The notes below the pieces were generated by a model that saw nothing but the letters and a program-made list of their open reading frames with translations, ran no database searches and had not been told where the DNA came from. A program made the position numbers and the translations under genes. From positions 28,785 to 92,784 of the forward strand of contig CAZFTX010000002.1 in the NCBI GenBank assembly GCA_964521955.1: 64,000 bases of DNA. The letters are read 5' to 3'. The DNA is from an uncultured Candidatus Saccharibacteria bacterium (GTDB lineage Bacteria > Patescibacteriota > Doudnabacteria > UBA920). Of the stretch, positions 1 to 8,836 are shown piece by piece (the stretch's first letter is position 1; every line of letters starts with the position of its first letter).

Positions 1-35
1 TCTACCGTCTTCTATAACTATTTTCATTATTGAAA

Positions 36-98
36 TTCTTTATTCCCTCCCCCTTGAGGGGGAGGGTGTCCTGACAGCTGTCAGGACGAGTGAGGGGG
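36..98 (-). terminator. Tandem GC-rich hairpins downstream of the response regulator gene. CCCTCCCCC-ttga-GGGGGAGGG, plus the perfect 20-nt palindrome GTCCTGACAGCTGTCAGGAC.
   Basis: Inverted repeats read directly. They sit immediately 3' of the minus-strand ORF ending at 104. Confidence 0.45.
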
Positions 99-103
99 GT
101 AAT

Positions 104-484
104 TTAAAGTCTAACCGTTCGGCTCAAAACGTCCTTAACTTTTTGAATAATGTCGTCTACCGACTGGTCACTCTTAAGCAAATAGTCGGAAGCTCCCGCC
201 TCAACAATTTTACTAATTGTATCCACGTCACCAATGTTTGTTAAAACAATCACTGGGATCTTCGCAGTTTCGGGCATGCTTTTTAATTCCCAAAGCACGG
301 AAATTCCGTCCAACTTAGGCATCATTATATCTAAAAGCACTAAGTCAGGTGCTGCTTCTTTACACTTTGCCACAGCCTCTTCACCGTCATAGGCTGGTGT
401 AGGCTCGTAGCCTTGAGCCTTAAGTGCGTCACAAAGCGAGTTGGAAATAAGCTTGTCGTCCTCTGCTACTAATATTTTTGTCAT
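104..484 (-). CDS. Single-domain response regulator (CheY-like receiver)
   Basis: 126 aa. N-terminal VAEDD, DLVLLDIMMPKLDG and later LT..GD...K motifs typical of REC domains. No output domain. Confidence 0.75.
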   Translation of the reverse strand: MTKILVAEDDKLISNSLCDALKAQGYEPTPAYDGEEAVAKCKEAAPDLVLLDIMMPKLDGISVLWELKSMPETAKIPVIVLTNIGDVDTISKIVEAGASDYLLKSDQSVDDIIQKVKDVLSRTVRL

Positions 485-564
485 ATGTTTCTAATATTTA
501 AGATAAACTTTAATTATATTGTATCCCTTTTCCCACTTATTTTCAATAAGATTAATTAATCTAC

Positions 565-2223
565 TTACAATGGCAGTGAAAAGTAAAAAGTGCTCCCTAA
601 GTTTTCCCCAGCACTCTCCACCCAAATTTTACCCCCATGGGAGTCAATAATCCCTTTAGAAACCACCAAACCTAAACCCGTACCCTTACGAGACCTATCC
701 CCGCTTTTAAGCTGTTTAAATTTGGAAAAAAGCTCACTTAGGTCTTCCCTAGCCACACCAATACCGCTGTCTTTTACCCCAACAACTGCTTGTTTGGCCT
801 CGGAGTCAGTCTTTAGGTCAATATCTATTGCACCTGAGTCCGTGTACTTAATGGCGTTACTAATAAGGTTACCCAACACTTGCGAAATTCTTACTCTGTC
901 AAATTTTAACTTTAATTTTTCAGGACAAGTCACGTTAATATTAATATGTTTAATTTCAGCTTGAGGTGTAAAAACTTTCGCTTGTTCTTTAACCACTTCA
1001 ACCAAGTCGTACTCTTGGGAGTTTAAGTCAAACTTACCGGCTTCTATTTTTGCCACGTCCAAAAGGTCGTTAACCAATTCCAACATATTGTTGGAAGCGG
1101 TTTCAATTGTAACAGCTGTTTCCTTTATTTTCTCCGGTGGCAAACCCTGAGCTGCAGAAAGGTTTTTAATTAAGCTCTCAGAAGACCAGCGCACAGCGGT
1201 TAAAGGCGCGCGAAGCTCGTGCACCATCATGGCGGTAAACTCCTGCCTTAGCTTCTCTAAAGACTTTTCTGTAGTAATGTCGTGCAAAAAAACTGAAACG
1301 CCAATTTTTTCTCCCGAAGAATTCTTTACCGGGTTTACTGTAACCTCCAAAGCTTTATTTTTCAAAAAAAGTTCTTCTACTAAAACCGTTTTATTTTCTG
1401 CCATAGCCTGGTCAACCATGGTTCTTAAGTCCAACTTTCCGGCAACTGCGTCTACAATGTCAAAAACAGTTAAATTCTCTTTATTTTTAATGTCTAAAAT
1501 CTTAGTCACCGCCGGGTTATACACAACCAACTGATGGTTTAAGTCCAAAGTGAAAACTCCGTCCGCTAAGGAATAAATAATAGCAGAAAGCTTACCTTTT
1601 TCACTTTCTAAAACGCCCTGAAGCTTAGAAACCGCAGTAGCCGCTTGGTTTATAATAGTGTACAAAATTGAAGCCTGGCTTTCACCGTACCTACCATGCT
1701 CAGTAGAAGCCACGTTTATAATTCCAACTAAGTTTCCGGAAATTACAACCGGCAAGTTAAAAAATGAATTTACACTGTCTTTTAAATTATCGTCTAAAAT
1801 ATTTCCGGTAATGCTTTCGTCTATAGTTCCTGGCTTAATTTCTTTGTTTAAAATAGCAGCGTAAGACTGAAGTGTTTTCTGTTTTACTTCATTAATAAAC
1901 TCGTGGCTAACCGTGTTTTCCACATGACATTTAAAAGCTACTTTACCTTCGGCCTCCACAACCATGTAGGAAACTGTGTCGTAACTAAGCAGGTTACCTA
2001 AACTGCTAGTAATAATATCTACAATTTTGTTGGTGTCTAAAGAGTAACCAATACGTTCGCTAATCTCTTTTAAAACTTGGGCCTGGTAAACTTTTTGCTG
2101 CAATTCCAAAGACTGTCCCGCCTCTTTTCTTAAGAACTTGCGTTCTCTTGTGGAGGTGTAGACATAAGCGATAACCACTACCGCTAACATGACAAAGTTA
2201 ATTACCAACAGAATACTAATCAT
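565..2223 (-). CDS. Sensor histidine kinase (membrane anchor, GAF/PAS-like sensor region, HisKA, HATPase_c)
   Basis: 552 aa. Hydrophobic N-terminus. H-box HELRAPLTAV. C-terminal G-boxes DSGIGV and GTGLGL. Directly upstream of the response regulator. Confidence 0.75.
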   Translation of the reverse strand: MISILLVINFVMLAVVVIAYVYTSTRERKFLRKEAGQSLELQQKVYQAQVLKEISERIGYSLDTNKIVDIITSSLGNLLSYDTVSYMVVEAEGKVAFKCHVENTVSHEFINEVKQKTLQSYAAILNKEIKPGTIDESITGNILDDNLKDSVNSFFNLPVVISGNLVGIINVASTEHGRYGESQASILYTIINQAATAVSKLQGVLESEKGKLSAIIYSLADGVFTLDLNHQLVVYNPAVTKILDIKNKENLTVFDIVDAVAGKLDLRTMVDQAMAENKTVLVEELFLKNKALEVTVNPVKNSSGEKIGVSVFLHDITTEKSLEKLRQEFTAMMVHELRAPLTAVRWSSESLIKNLSAAQGLPPEKIKETAVTIETASNNMLELVNDLLDVAKIEAGKFDLNSQEYDLVEVVKEQAKVFTPQAEIKHININVTCPEKLKLKFDRVRISQVLGNLISNAIKYTDSGAIDIDLKTDSEAKQAVVGVKDSGIGVAREDLSELFSKFKQLKSGDRSRKGTGLGLVVSKGIIDSHGGKIWVESAGENLGSTFYFSLPL

Positions 2224-2283
2224 TATACTAAATTGAACCGCCTATTTAGGCAGCGATTTGGTTTTGTTTCTATTTCTAAAAAC

Positions 2284-2553
2284 CTACATCCCGGCTTTCA
2301 AAGTGGGATATTTCTCCAAGAGCGTGTTTAAAGTCATTTGGGCAATTTGTCCGGAAAGAGCCATGTATTCGTTCGCTACACCTTTTAAAACCAAAGCGGG
2401 GTTACCGTCCATGTCTAAAACCGTACCGTCGTCTGAAACTTTAAGTCCGGCTACTTTCCTAGCCTTGTCCAAAGCAATGTTTGGCCCCAAAACTATCATT
2501 TGCTTTTGGATTAAGTCAGTTAACATTTTCCTATATTCGTCTTGGTCTGACAT
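2284..2553 (-). CDS. Hypothetical small protein (89 aa)
   Basis: Intact ORF in native composition. No recognisable motif. Confidence 0.3.
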   Translation of the reverse strand: MSDQDEYRKMLTDLIQKQMIVLGPNIALDKARKVAGLKVSDDGTVLDMDGNPALVLKGVANEYMALSGQIAQMTLNTLLEKYPTLKAGM

Positions 2554-2640
2554 ATATTATGTATACTCCTCTTAATTTTTCTCCTTAATACATGGAAAGT
2601 GATAAAGAAGGGTTATTAATTCTTTTGATAGATAATATTA

Positions 2641-2970
2641 TTATTGAATTTTTTCTAACTCTTGAAAGTCTATTTTTACACCGGTTTTTTCAGCAATAGC
2701 TTTAACCCACGAAATAATAACTGTTTCTCTAGCTTTTAATTCTAAATATCTTTTATCAGAAAGTTCTAAATAATTATTAACACTAGACTTTAAAGCTTCC
2801 ATCCCCTGTTCTAGTTTATCCATTCTTCCTTCAACTTTATCTAACCTACCCTCCACCTTATCAAGCCGACCATTCACACCATCAAATTGCTTTTGAACGC
2901 CATCAAAACCCTCGGCCACCATAACCGCCAAGTCATCTAAAGTTACATTTTTTACTTTAGCATCATTCAT
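2641..2970 (-). CDS. Hypothetical coiled-coil protein with heptad-like repeats DKVEGRLDKVEGRMDKLEQ
   Basis: ORF track gives 2641..3012. A more plausible start is MNDAKVK at 2970. Confidence 0.35.
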   Translation of the reverse strand: MNDAKVKNVTLDDLAVMVAEGFDGVQKQFDGVNGRLDKVEGRLDKVEGRMDKLEQGMEALKSSVNNYLELSDKRYLELKARETVIISWVKAIAEKTGVKIDFQELEKIQ

Positions 2971-3040
2971 GTCTTTATTATACCATAAAAATATAAAAAT
3001 CCATATTTCCATGCTAAACTATATTTATTAACAGATCCAA

Positions 3041-3661
3041 ATGAACTTAATAAAATTCATCATTACCGGCCTACTTGTTACCTTAGCCGGGGAATTCCAA
3101 ATAAACATTTTAGTTCAACACTTACCAACAAACAAATACCTTATGGTTTTTGTGGTTTATGGAATTTTACTAAGTATTTTTTATACTCTAGGCAAATTTT
3201 TAGATAAAAAATTTGCTTCAAATAAATCCGATTTATTGTACTACTTCATAGCGGGATTTGTTGGACTTTTAATTGAGTGGTTTTTAATTGGCAACTCTCT
3301 TTACCAAAGTCCTTCGGCAAACCAAGCCGGCATGTTTGCCTGGTGGGCAGCGGTTTTTTTAGTTCCCAGAATTTTTACTAAACTCCCCGACCCTGCAACC
3401 CAAATTGTAAAAAAAAGGATTTATGCAGTTCTAATCCCTTACTCAATTATTTCCACAGTATTTGTCGCCCAACAAGTAGCAGTTCCGGAAATTCATAGAG
3501 TTGCAGCAACCGCACTTACAATGATGTTTGGTTTTATTTTATTAAATTATTTTTTAGTAAACTATTTAATTGCCCAAAATCCTCATTTGCAAAAAAGGTT
3601 ACAATATTTTTACAGGTTTTTAGTTATATTGGCTTTAGCACAATTAGTTTTAATAAAATAA
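3041..3661 (+). CDS. Hypothetical polytopic membrane protein (206 aa)
   Basis: Five or six hydrophobic segments. Confidence 0.45.
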   Translation: MNLIKFIITGLLVTLAGEFQINILVQHLPTNKYLMVFVVYGILLSIFYTLGKFLDKKFASNKSDLLYYFIAGFVGLLIEWFLIGNSLYQSPSANQAGMFAWWAAVFLVPRIFTKLPDPATQIVKKRIYAVLIPYSIISTVFVAQQVAVPEIHRVAATALTMMFGFILLNYFLVNYLIAQNPHLQKRLQYFYRFLVILALAQLVLIK

Positions 3662-3710
3662 AGTAATCCCCAAGCCAAACTGCGCAGTATTTAACTCTCT
3701 ATAATAAAAG

Positions 3711-3777
3711 TGGGCAAGCATCCTTCAGGCTCAGGTCTTAACGACCCAAACCAAAATTCAGCTTGCCCACCCAGAGC
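3711..3777 (-). terminator. Hairpin GTGGGCAAGC...GCTTGCCCAC followed on the minus strand by TTTTATTAT. Putative terminator of the dinB / islet-1 transcription unit.
   Basis: Perfect 10-bp inverted repeat at 3711-3720 / 3761-3770. T-run on the minus strand. Confidence 0.45.
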
Positions 3778-3787
3778 CAGTTTGCGA

Positions 3788-4330
3788 CTAGAGCGCTAGT
3801 GACGTCTCAGCATTGACCGGGAAAAGCAGAGTATGCCCGATAGTCGCAAACCCGATCTCCCGGTTCATGACTCCACCTAGGACACTGAGAATATTCAAGT
3901 CGGTAGACCTTACCATAATTGTTAGTCCATCGACGTGGCCATTGTGCCCATCAGGTACATTTCCCAAACTCGACCAGACGCCTTCAATGAACACCCCCTC
4001 CAAAGGTGTCTCCTCCTCCACATCCTGACGACCTTCATTAATCCTTCGCACAAGCGCCATCAGATCAATCAGGATCGCGTTCATACCTCTACGTCTTACC
4101 TGCGCAGTATGTGGTAGCAAGAGCATCAACGACCGGTAAGACATGCTGGGAGACACAACTCTGATGTTGGGAACAAGAACACCCTCTGTAACAAGATCGG
4201 CAATTAGCCGTCGAGCCTTATCCGGAGAAACACCTACTGCTAAAACGATGTCATCGACTGAGGCTTGAGGGTTTCTCATGAAGGCCATCTGAACTTTCTG
4301 GCTGACTTCCTCCTTTTTTCCAGGCTTCAT
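3788..4330 (-). CDS. Hypothetical protein (180 aa) in GC-rich islet 1, with a possible HTH-like segment
   Basis: ORF with clearly higher GC than flanks. Start overlaps the upstream ORF stop (ATGA coupling). Candidate HTH segment DDIVLAVGVSPDKARRLIADLV. No family recognised. Confidence 0.4.
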   Translation of the reverse strand: MKPGKKEEVSQKVQMAFMRNPQASVDDIVLAVGVSPDKARRLIADLVTEGVLVPNIRVVSPSMSYRSLMLLLPHTAQVRRRGMNAILIDLMALVRRINEGRQDVEEETPLEGVFIEGVWSSLGNVPDGHNGHVDGLTIMVRSTDLNILSVLGGVMNREIGFATIGHTLLFPVNAETSLAL

Positions 4331-4851
4331 GACTGACGTCCTGTCTGACCGACTGCAACAAGTTGCCGAGCCGGAGGTAACAATAAAGTCTGCGATCCTA
4401 CTCCGGAGATTTGCGGCAACGATTCCACCGTAACCTCCAAAGCAATGCCCTGACGGTCAACCACAAGACATGCCCTCACCAGGCTTACAACCGCGGGCAA
4501 AATTTCGCTGGTAACTCCCCCCGGAAGCAAACCATTGATCTGATCAAGACTGTCCAGTGCTTCTAAGACAAGCTTGGTCTTCCGATTGGTCACCACCAAC
4601 ACAACTACCCAGCCCTCACCCACCAAACCATTTTTCTCTGGAAACGGCACTTTCATACCGACGATGGGCTTAAAACTGAATGTAGAACCTAAGTCCCACT
4701 TGCCTGTGCTGGCTTGTACTGCGAAGAACCAGGTTCTTTTACTGCTTCTTACCGGTCCAACTTCTTTCAGCACCTTAACTCTCTTTCTCCGCTTCTCACA
4801 ATCAAACTGACTTGCGGAAGGGAAGACAGTTATAAAAAAAATTACAACCAT
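4327..4851 (-). CDS. Hypothetical protein (174 aa, possibly shorter from M at ~4657) in GC-rich islet 1
   Basis: GGAAGGA about 5 nt before the ATG. Candidate promoter TTGACC-N18-TAAAGT upstream on the minus strand. The C-terminal half vaguely resembles a Roadblock/LC7-type fold (very tentative). Confidence 0.35.
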   Translation of the reverse strand: MVVIFFITVFPSASQFDCEKRRKRVKVLKEVGPVRSSKRTWFFAVQASTGKWDLGSTFSFKPIVGMKVPFPEKNGLVGEGWVVVLVVTNRKTKLVLEALDSLDQINGLLPGGVTSEILPAVVSLVRACLVVDRQGIALEVTVESLPQISGVGSQTLLLPPARQLVAVGQTGRQS

Positions 4852-4962
4852 TTTTCCTTCCGCAAATTTACCAAAATCCCCCTTAAAATTGACTCTATAC
4901 TTTACCTCAAAACCTCTATCTGGGTCAAGCCAAAATCGCCCTTCAACCCTGTACCCTAAAAG

Positions 4963-6345
4963 TTATATTTCCTTCACCCTGCCAAAACCCACACTATCCC
5001 TAAAAACTTTACCTGACTTTAAAACCGGAGCGCGTAAGATTGTAAACTCCCCGTATTTGTTGTTAATTTGGTCTAAAGCTTCACAAAGCTTTTTATTCTC
5101 CTCTCTGTGTCCAAACAAACTTAACTGCTGGCTGTAAGGCCGCAAATTAGCCACTGTAACACCAATAAGCTTAAACCCCCACTCCCCTTTAGGTTGCACT
5201 TGTTTAAAAATTGTTTTTGCTTGCAAAAAAATTTCCCGGCCTTCGGAAATAAAGTCTCCCAACTTTAAACTATTACCAAAACTTCGGTAGTTTTTGTCAT
5301 AACTAAAAAAATGCAAAACGTTGCCCTCTAAACCCTTTCTTCTCAACCTCCTCCCGACCATTTCACAAAGTTTATAAAGCACGGGAATAAAAAATTCCGG
5401 CTTTCTAAACTCTTTAGGCAAAGTGTACATGTGACCAATGGATTTTAACTCTTGATCCTGTTTTACATGTGCCTTCCAGCTAGAGCTTAACTGGCCTAAA
5501 TTGTACAAATGGTGTCCTTGCACGGGTCCAAATCGCCTGACCAAATGGCTCTTGGGATAATTTTTTAAATCCTCTAAGGTTTTAATACCTAAAGCGTATA
5601 AGTTTTTCTCCTGCCTATGTCCTATACCGGGTACGTCTGTAAGCTTAAGCTGTTTATATAAATCATTAGTAGTAAAACTTAAAGCTCCCAAATTTTCCAT
5701 TTTGATTTTTTCATTTTCATTTTCAGTAACGACTACTATTCCGTCCGGTTTTTTTAAGTCTGAACCAATTTTCGCCAAGGTTTTGTTTGAAGCTATGCCC
5801 ACAGAACAAGTTAAAACCTCCCCCATTTCTTTCTTCATTTGCAACTTAATGACTTTGGTAATTTTTACTGCTTCAGTAAATGGATCTACATAATTTTCTG
5901 ATTTATTGATTAACTGATTTAATGATTTTCGCTCATCAATTGAAGAATTGTTATTTAAAATTTGATATTTGTTTGATATTTGGTACTTGTTATTTGGCAT
6001 CCTGATATTACAAACTTTTGTAATATCCAAAAACACTTCGTCTATACTGTAAACCTCTACCAAAGCAGTAAATTCCGAAACCACCTTTACCATAGCTCTA
6101 TGGTAAAACCTATACCTTTCGGCCTGGGTATGGACTAAAACAATCTTCGGGCAAAGTTTTTTTGCTTCCCAAACCGGAGTTCCGGTTTTAATACCCAACT
6201 TTTTTGCTTCACGACTGGGGGAAATAATAATTCCACCCAAGTGTTCGCAGACCCCAACCGGTTTACCTCTAAGTTCGGGGTTGTCTGCTTGGGCAACCGA
6301 AGCAAAAAAACTATTCATATCTAAATGCAAAATGATTTGTTGCAT
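4963..6345 (-). CDS. dinB: DNA polymerase IV (Y-family translesion polymerase)
   Basis: 460 aa. N-terminal MQQIILHLDMNSFFASV and overall Y-family pattern. Contains a low-complexity NKYQISNKYQILNNN insert encoded by the direct DNA repeat tttgatatttg. Confidence 0.85.
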   Translation of the reverse strand: MQQIILHLDMNSFFASVAQADNPELRGKPVGVCEHLGGIIISPSREAKKLGIKTGTPVWEAKKLCPKIVLVHTQAERYRFYHRAMVKVVSEFTALVEVYSIDEVFLDITKVCNIRMPNNKYQISNKYQILNNNSSIDERKSLNQLINKSENYVDPFTEAVKITKVIKLQMKKEMGEVLTCSVGIASNKTLAKIGSDLKKPDGIVVVTENENEKIKMENLGALSFTTNDLYKQLKLTDVPGIGHRQEKNLYALGIKTLEDLKNYPKSHLVRRFGPVQGHHLYNLGQLSSSWKAHVKQDQELKSIGHMYTLPKEFRKPEFFIPVLYKLCEMVGRRLRRKGLEGNVLHFFSYDKNYRSFGNSLKLGDFISEGREIFLQAKTIFKQVQPKGEWGFKLIGVTVANLRPYSQQLSLFGHREENKKLCEALDQINNKYGEFTILRAPVLKSGKVFRDSVGFGRVKEI

Positions 6346-6645
6346 ACAAATAAATTATTCTAATTAACCTAATTTCCCTGCCTTGCCGGCAGGCAGGTAA
6401 TTACTCTAAAACTGCAACCCCTTAGAACAATTAGGTCAATTAGAGCACTTAGGTTAATTCTTGAATTATTAGGTGTTCATTCGTTCACCCTTTGTAGTTA
6501 TAATAAAACAGCCTTTTAAAGCTGTCAATTTAGATTCCTGAAGCTCGGGCTTTGCCCGGCTGAAGGAAAACAATATGGAAAAGGGAGGCCGAGCGTTAGC
6601 GAGGATTTGGAAGGGAAAAACCTATAGGTTTTTCACTCCAAGGAT

Positions 6646-7026
6646 TTAGTGATGATGTGCTGCGTGTTCCTTGCGAATTTGAATATGACGTTTATTGTGG
6701 AAGAAAAACACAGCAAACATCATGCACATGTGCCCTACCCAAAAAGCTCCCTGAGAAAACATTCCCATGCCTAAATATCCGGAAACTAAAATAAAGTCTA
6801 AAAATAAAAAAGCTAAAAACCAAAACACCGCAATTGCCCCGGCTTCTAAAAAGTTTAAGACCCCTAAGCGTCTAACCAAAAAAGTGGTAACAATTAAAAT
6901 CGCCCCCCAATACAAATATTGGGAGAGCTCACCCGAAAAAAAATTACCTTGAAAATAAACTACCTTGAGTAGAGTTAAAAACAGCCACTCGAAAAATGAA
7001 ATAAATAATACTTTTTTAAAAGTCAT
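6646..7026 (-). CDS. Hypothetical membrane protein
   Basis: 126 aa, three or four transmembrane segments. Confidence 0.35.
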   Translation of the reverse strand: MTFKKVLFISFFEWLFLTLLKVVYFQGNFFSGELSQYLYWGAILIVTTFLVRRLGVLNFLEAGAIAVFWFLAFLFLDFILVSGYLGMGMFSQGAFWVGHMCMMFAVFFFHNKRHIQIRKEHAAHHH

Positions 7027-7027
7027 T

Positions 7028-7504
7028 TTAAACTTTATTTGTAACTTTTTTTCTAACCACCCTCTTTTTTACAATACTTTTAACAGTTGGGGTTTTAGGT
7101 AAAGTTTTGGCTAAGTCTTCTAACTCCCAAGCGCTATTTTCTAATTTGTTACTAACTGACTCTAACCTGCTTCTTAAAACTCTAACTTTATTGAAAGGAA
7201 ACCAAAAGTTTGCCAAATGGCTCACAAACCCACCATGCGCACCTTCTTGATAAACTTGCTCAAACCAATAGGTACCAATCCATATCCCATACCACGCTCC
7301 TAAAAGCATGGCTAAAAGTAAAGTAAAATAATCCAACGCTAAAAATTGTAAGTAGCTTAGGCCAAAATAAAACCCTTCCGGACCGGGGTTAAAAAACACC
7401 AGGGCAACAAAAATAACAATTCTATGTAAAGTTAAAAAAAGTAAAACCCCTAAAAGGGAACATAAAAAAATATATACGGACTTTTTTAAAGTCAAATTTT
7501 TCAT
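7028..7504 (-). CDS. Hypothetical membrane protein
   Basis: 158 aa, several transmembrane segments, basic C-terminus. Confidence 0.35.
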   Translation of the reverse strand: MKNLTLKKSVYIFLCSLLGVLLFLTLHRIVIFVALVFFNPGPEGFYFGLSYLQFLALDYFTLLLAMLLGAWYGIWIGTYWFEQVYQEGAHGGFVSHLANFWFPFNKVRVLRSRLESVSNKLENSAWELEDLAKTLPKTPTVKSIVKKRVVRKKVTNKV

Positions 7505-7653
7505 TTTTGTTTCTGCAGTTAAATATTAACTGTATTATACCATAAAAATTAAAACTATACTTTTAATACCCCAAATTATACAAATGAGTTTATTTGGGGC
7601 ATTCAGATACTAATTCCATCCGCCAGTTGCGGAATTAGGATTATACGAGTGTC

Positions 7654-8661
7654 TTACTTGCTACTTAGAATGCTTTTTTTATAACTATCCAAGTTTTCCA
7701 CAGCCACGCCTGTGCCTTTCGCTACGCAAAGTAAGGGGTCTTCAGCAACAAAACACTGCACACCTAAAGTCTGAGAAATGTAGTGGTCTAAATTTCTTAA
7801 AAGCGCACCACCACCTGTCATAACCATACCTTTGTCAATAATATCACTTGCAAGTTCAGGAGGAGTCTCCTGCAAAACGGTTTTAATAGCTTTAATCATT
7901 TCAGAAAGTTCGTCAGAAATAGCCGTGACAACTTCATTGGTTGTAACAGTTACGGTTTTAGGTAACCCGGAAACCATATCTCTCCCCTTTACTTCCATTG
8001 CTTCTTCTTCACTTAAAGCAAGCGCACTTCCAATTGTAATTTTTATTTCTTCCGCTGTTCTGTCGCCTATGGCTAAACCGTGTTTTTTTCTTACGAACTC
8101 AACTATAGCTTGGTCTAACCTGTTACCTGCAACCCGAACTGAAGTGGAATTTACAATTCCCCCTAAAGATAAAACCGCTACGTCAGTCGTTCCGCCACCA
8201 ATATCAATAACTAAGTTCCCAGAAGCTGAAGCAATGGGAATTCCCGCACCAATTGCAGCAGCTACAGTTTCTTTAATTACAAAGGCACTCTTTGCTCCGG
8301 CAGAAGTTGCCGCGTCAATAACAGCACGCCTTTCTGTAGAAGTAATTCCACCCGGCACACTAATCATGACCTCGGGTCTAAAAAACCTTACATTACCCAA
8401 AGCTTTATTAATAAAATATTTAAGCATGGCTTCAGTAACCCTAAAGTCAGCTATTACTCCATCTTTCATTGGTCTTAAGGCCACTATGGTTTCAGGAGTA
8501 CGCCCCAACATTTCTTTTGCTTCTTGACCGACGGCTAAAACACGGTTGTCTTCTAAAGACACCGCCACCACAGTCGGCTCGTTTATAATAATTCCACGTT
8601 TCGGTACATAAACTAAAGTGTTAGCTGTACCCAAATCTATCCCAATTTTAGTTTCAAACAT
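7654..8661 (-). CDS. mreB: Rod shape-determining protein MreB (actin-like ATPase)
   Basis: MFETKIGIDLGTANTLVYV and an MreB-wide match. 335 aa. Confidence 0.9.
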   Translation of the reverse strand: MFETKIGIDLGTANTLVYVPKRGIIINEPTVVAVSLEDNRVLAVGQEAKEMLGRTPETIVALRPMKDGVIADFRVTEAMLKYFINKALGNVRFFRPEVMISVPGGITSTERRAVIDAATSAGAKSAFVIKETVAAAIGAGIPIASASGNLVIDIGGGTTDVAVLSLGGIVNSTSVRVAGNRLDQAIVEFVRKKHGLAIGDRTAEEIKITIGSALALSEEEAMEVKGRDMVSGLPKTVTVTTNEVVTAISDELSEMIKAIKTVLQETPPELASDIIDKGMVMTGGGALLRNLDHYISQTLGVQCFVAEDPLLCVAKGTGVAVENLDSYKKSILSSK

Positions 8662-8836
8662 ACCCGAAAATTATTCTAAGTACTCTAATTTATAATTACT
8701 CTAAAAACTGCTTCAAGATTTGTATTCTTTTTAGAATAATTAGGTCAATTAGATCAATTTTTATCAATCAAGGGTTATTATAACAGCAAAGAGTGCATTG
8801 TAACAAGCTTATAAATAGGCTAAAATACACTCATAT

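Noticed and set aside
590-964. Numerous plus-strand ORFs nested antisense within long minus-strand genes (e.g. 590..964, 7832..8527 in mreB, 16993..17415 in gap, 52968..53540 in fusA)
   Set aside because: Fully contained antisense to strongly supported conserved genes. Low-complexity translations.
3662-4860. Group II intron or rRNA fragment explaining GC-rich islet 1
   Set aside because: No domain V consensus, no RT/maturase ORF, no rRNA signature sequences. Two coupled ORFs with terminator fit a coding cassette.
5935-6010. Low-complexity NKYQISNKYQILNNN insert in DinB as a possible intein or mobile insertion
   Set aside because: Only about 25 aa, encoded by a simple direct DNA repeat (tttgatatttg x2). 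No intein splicing motifs. Likely a replication-slippage expansion.
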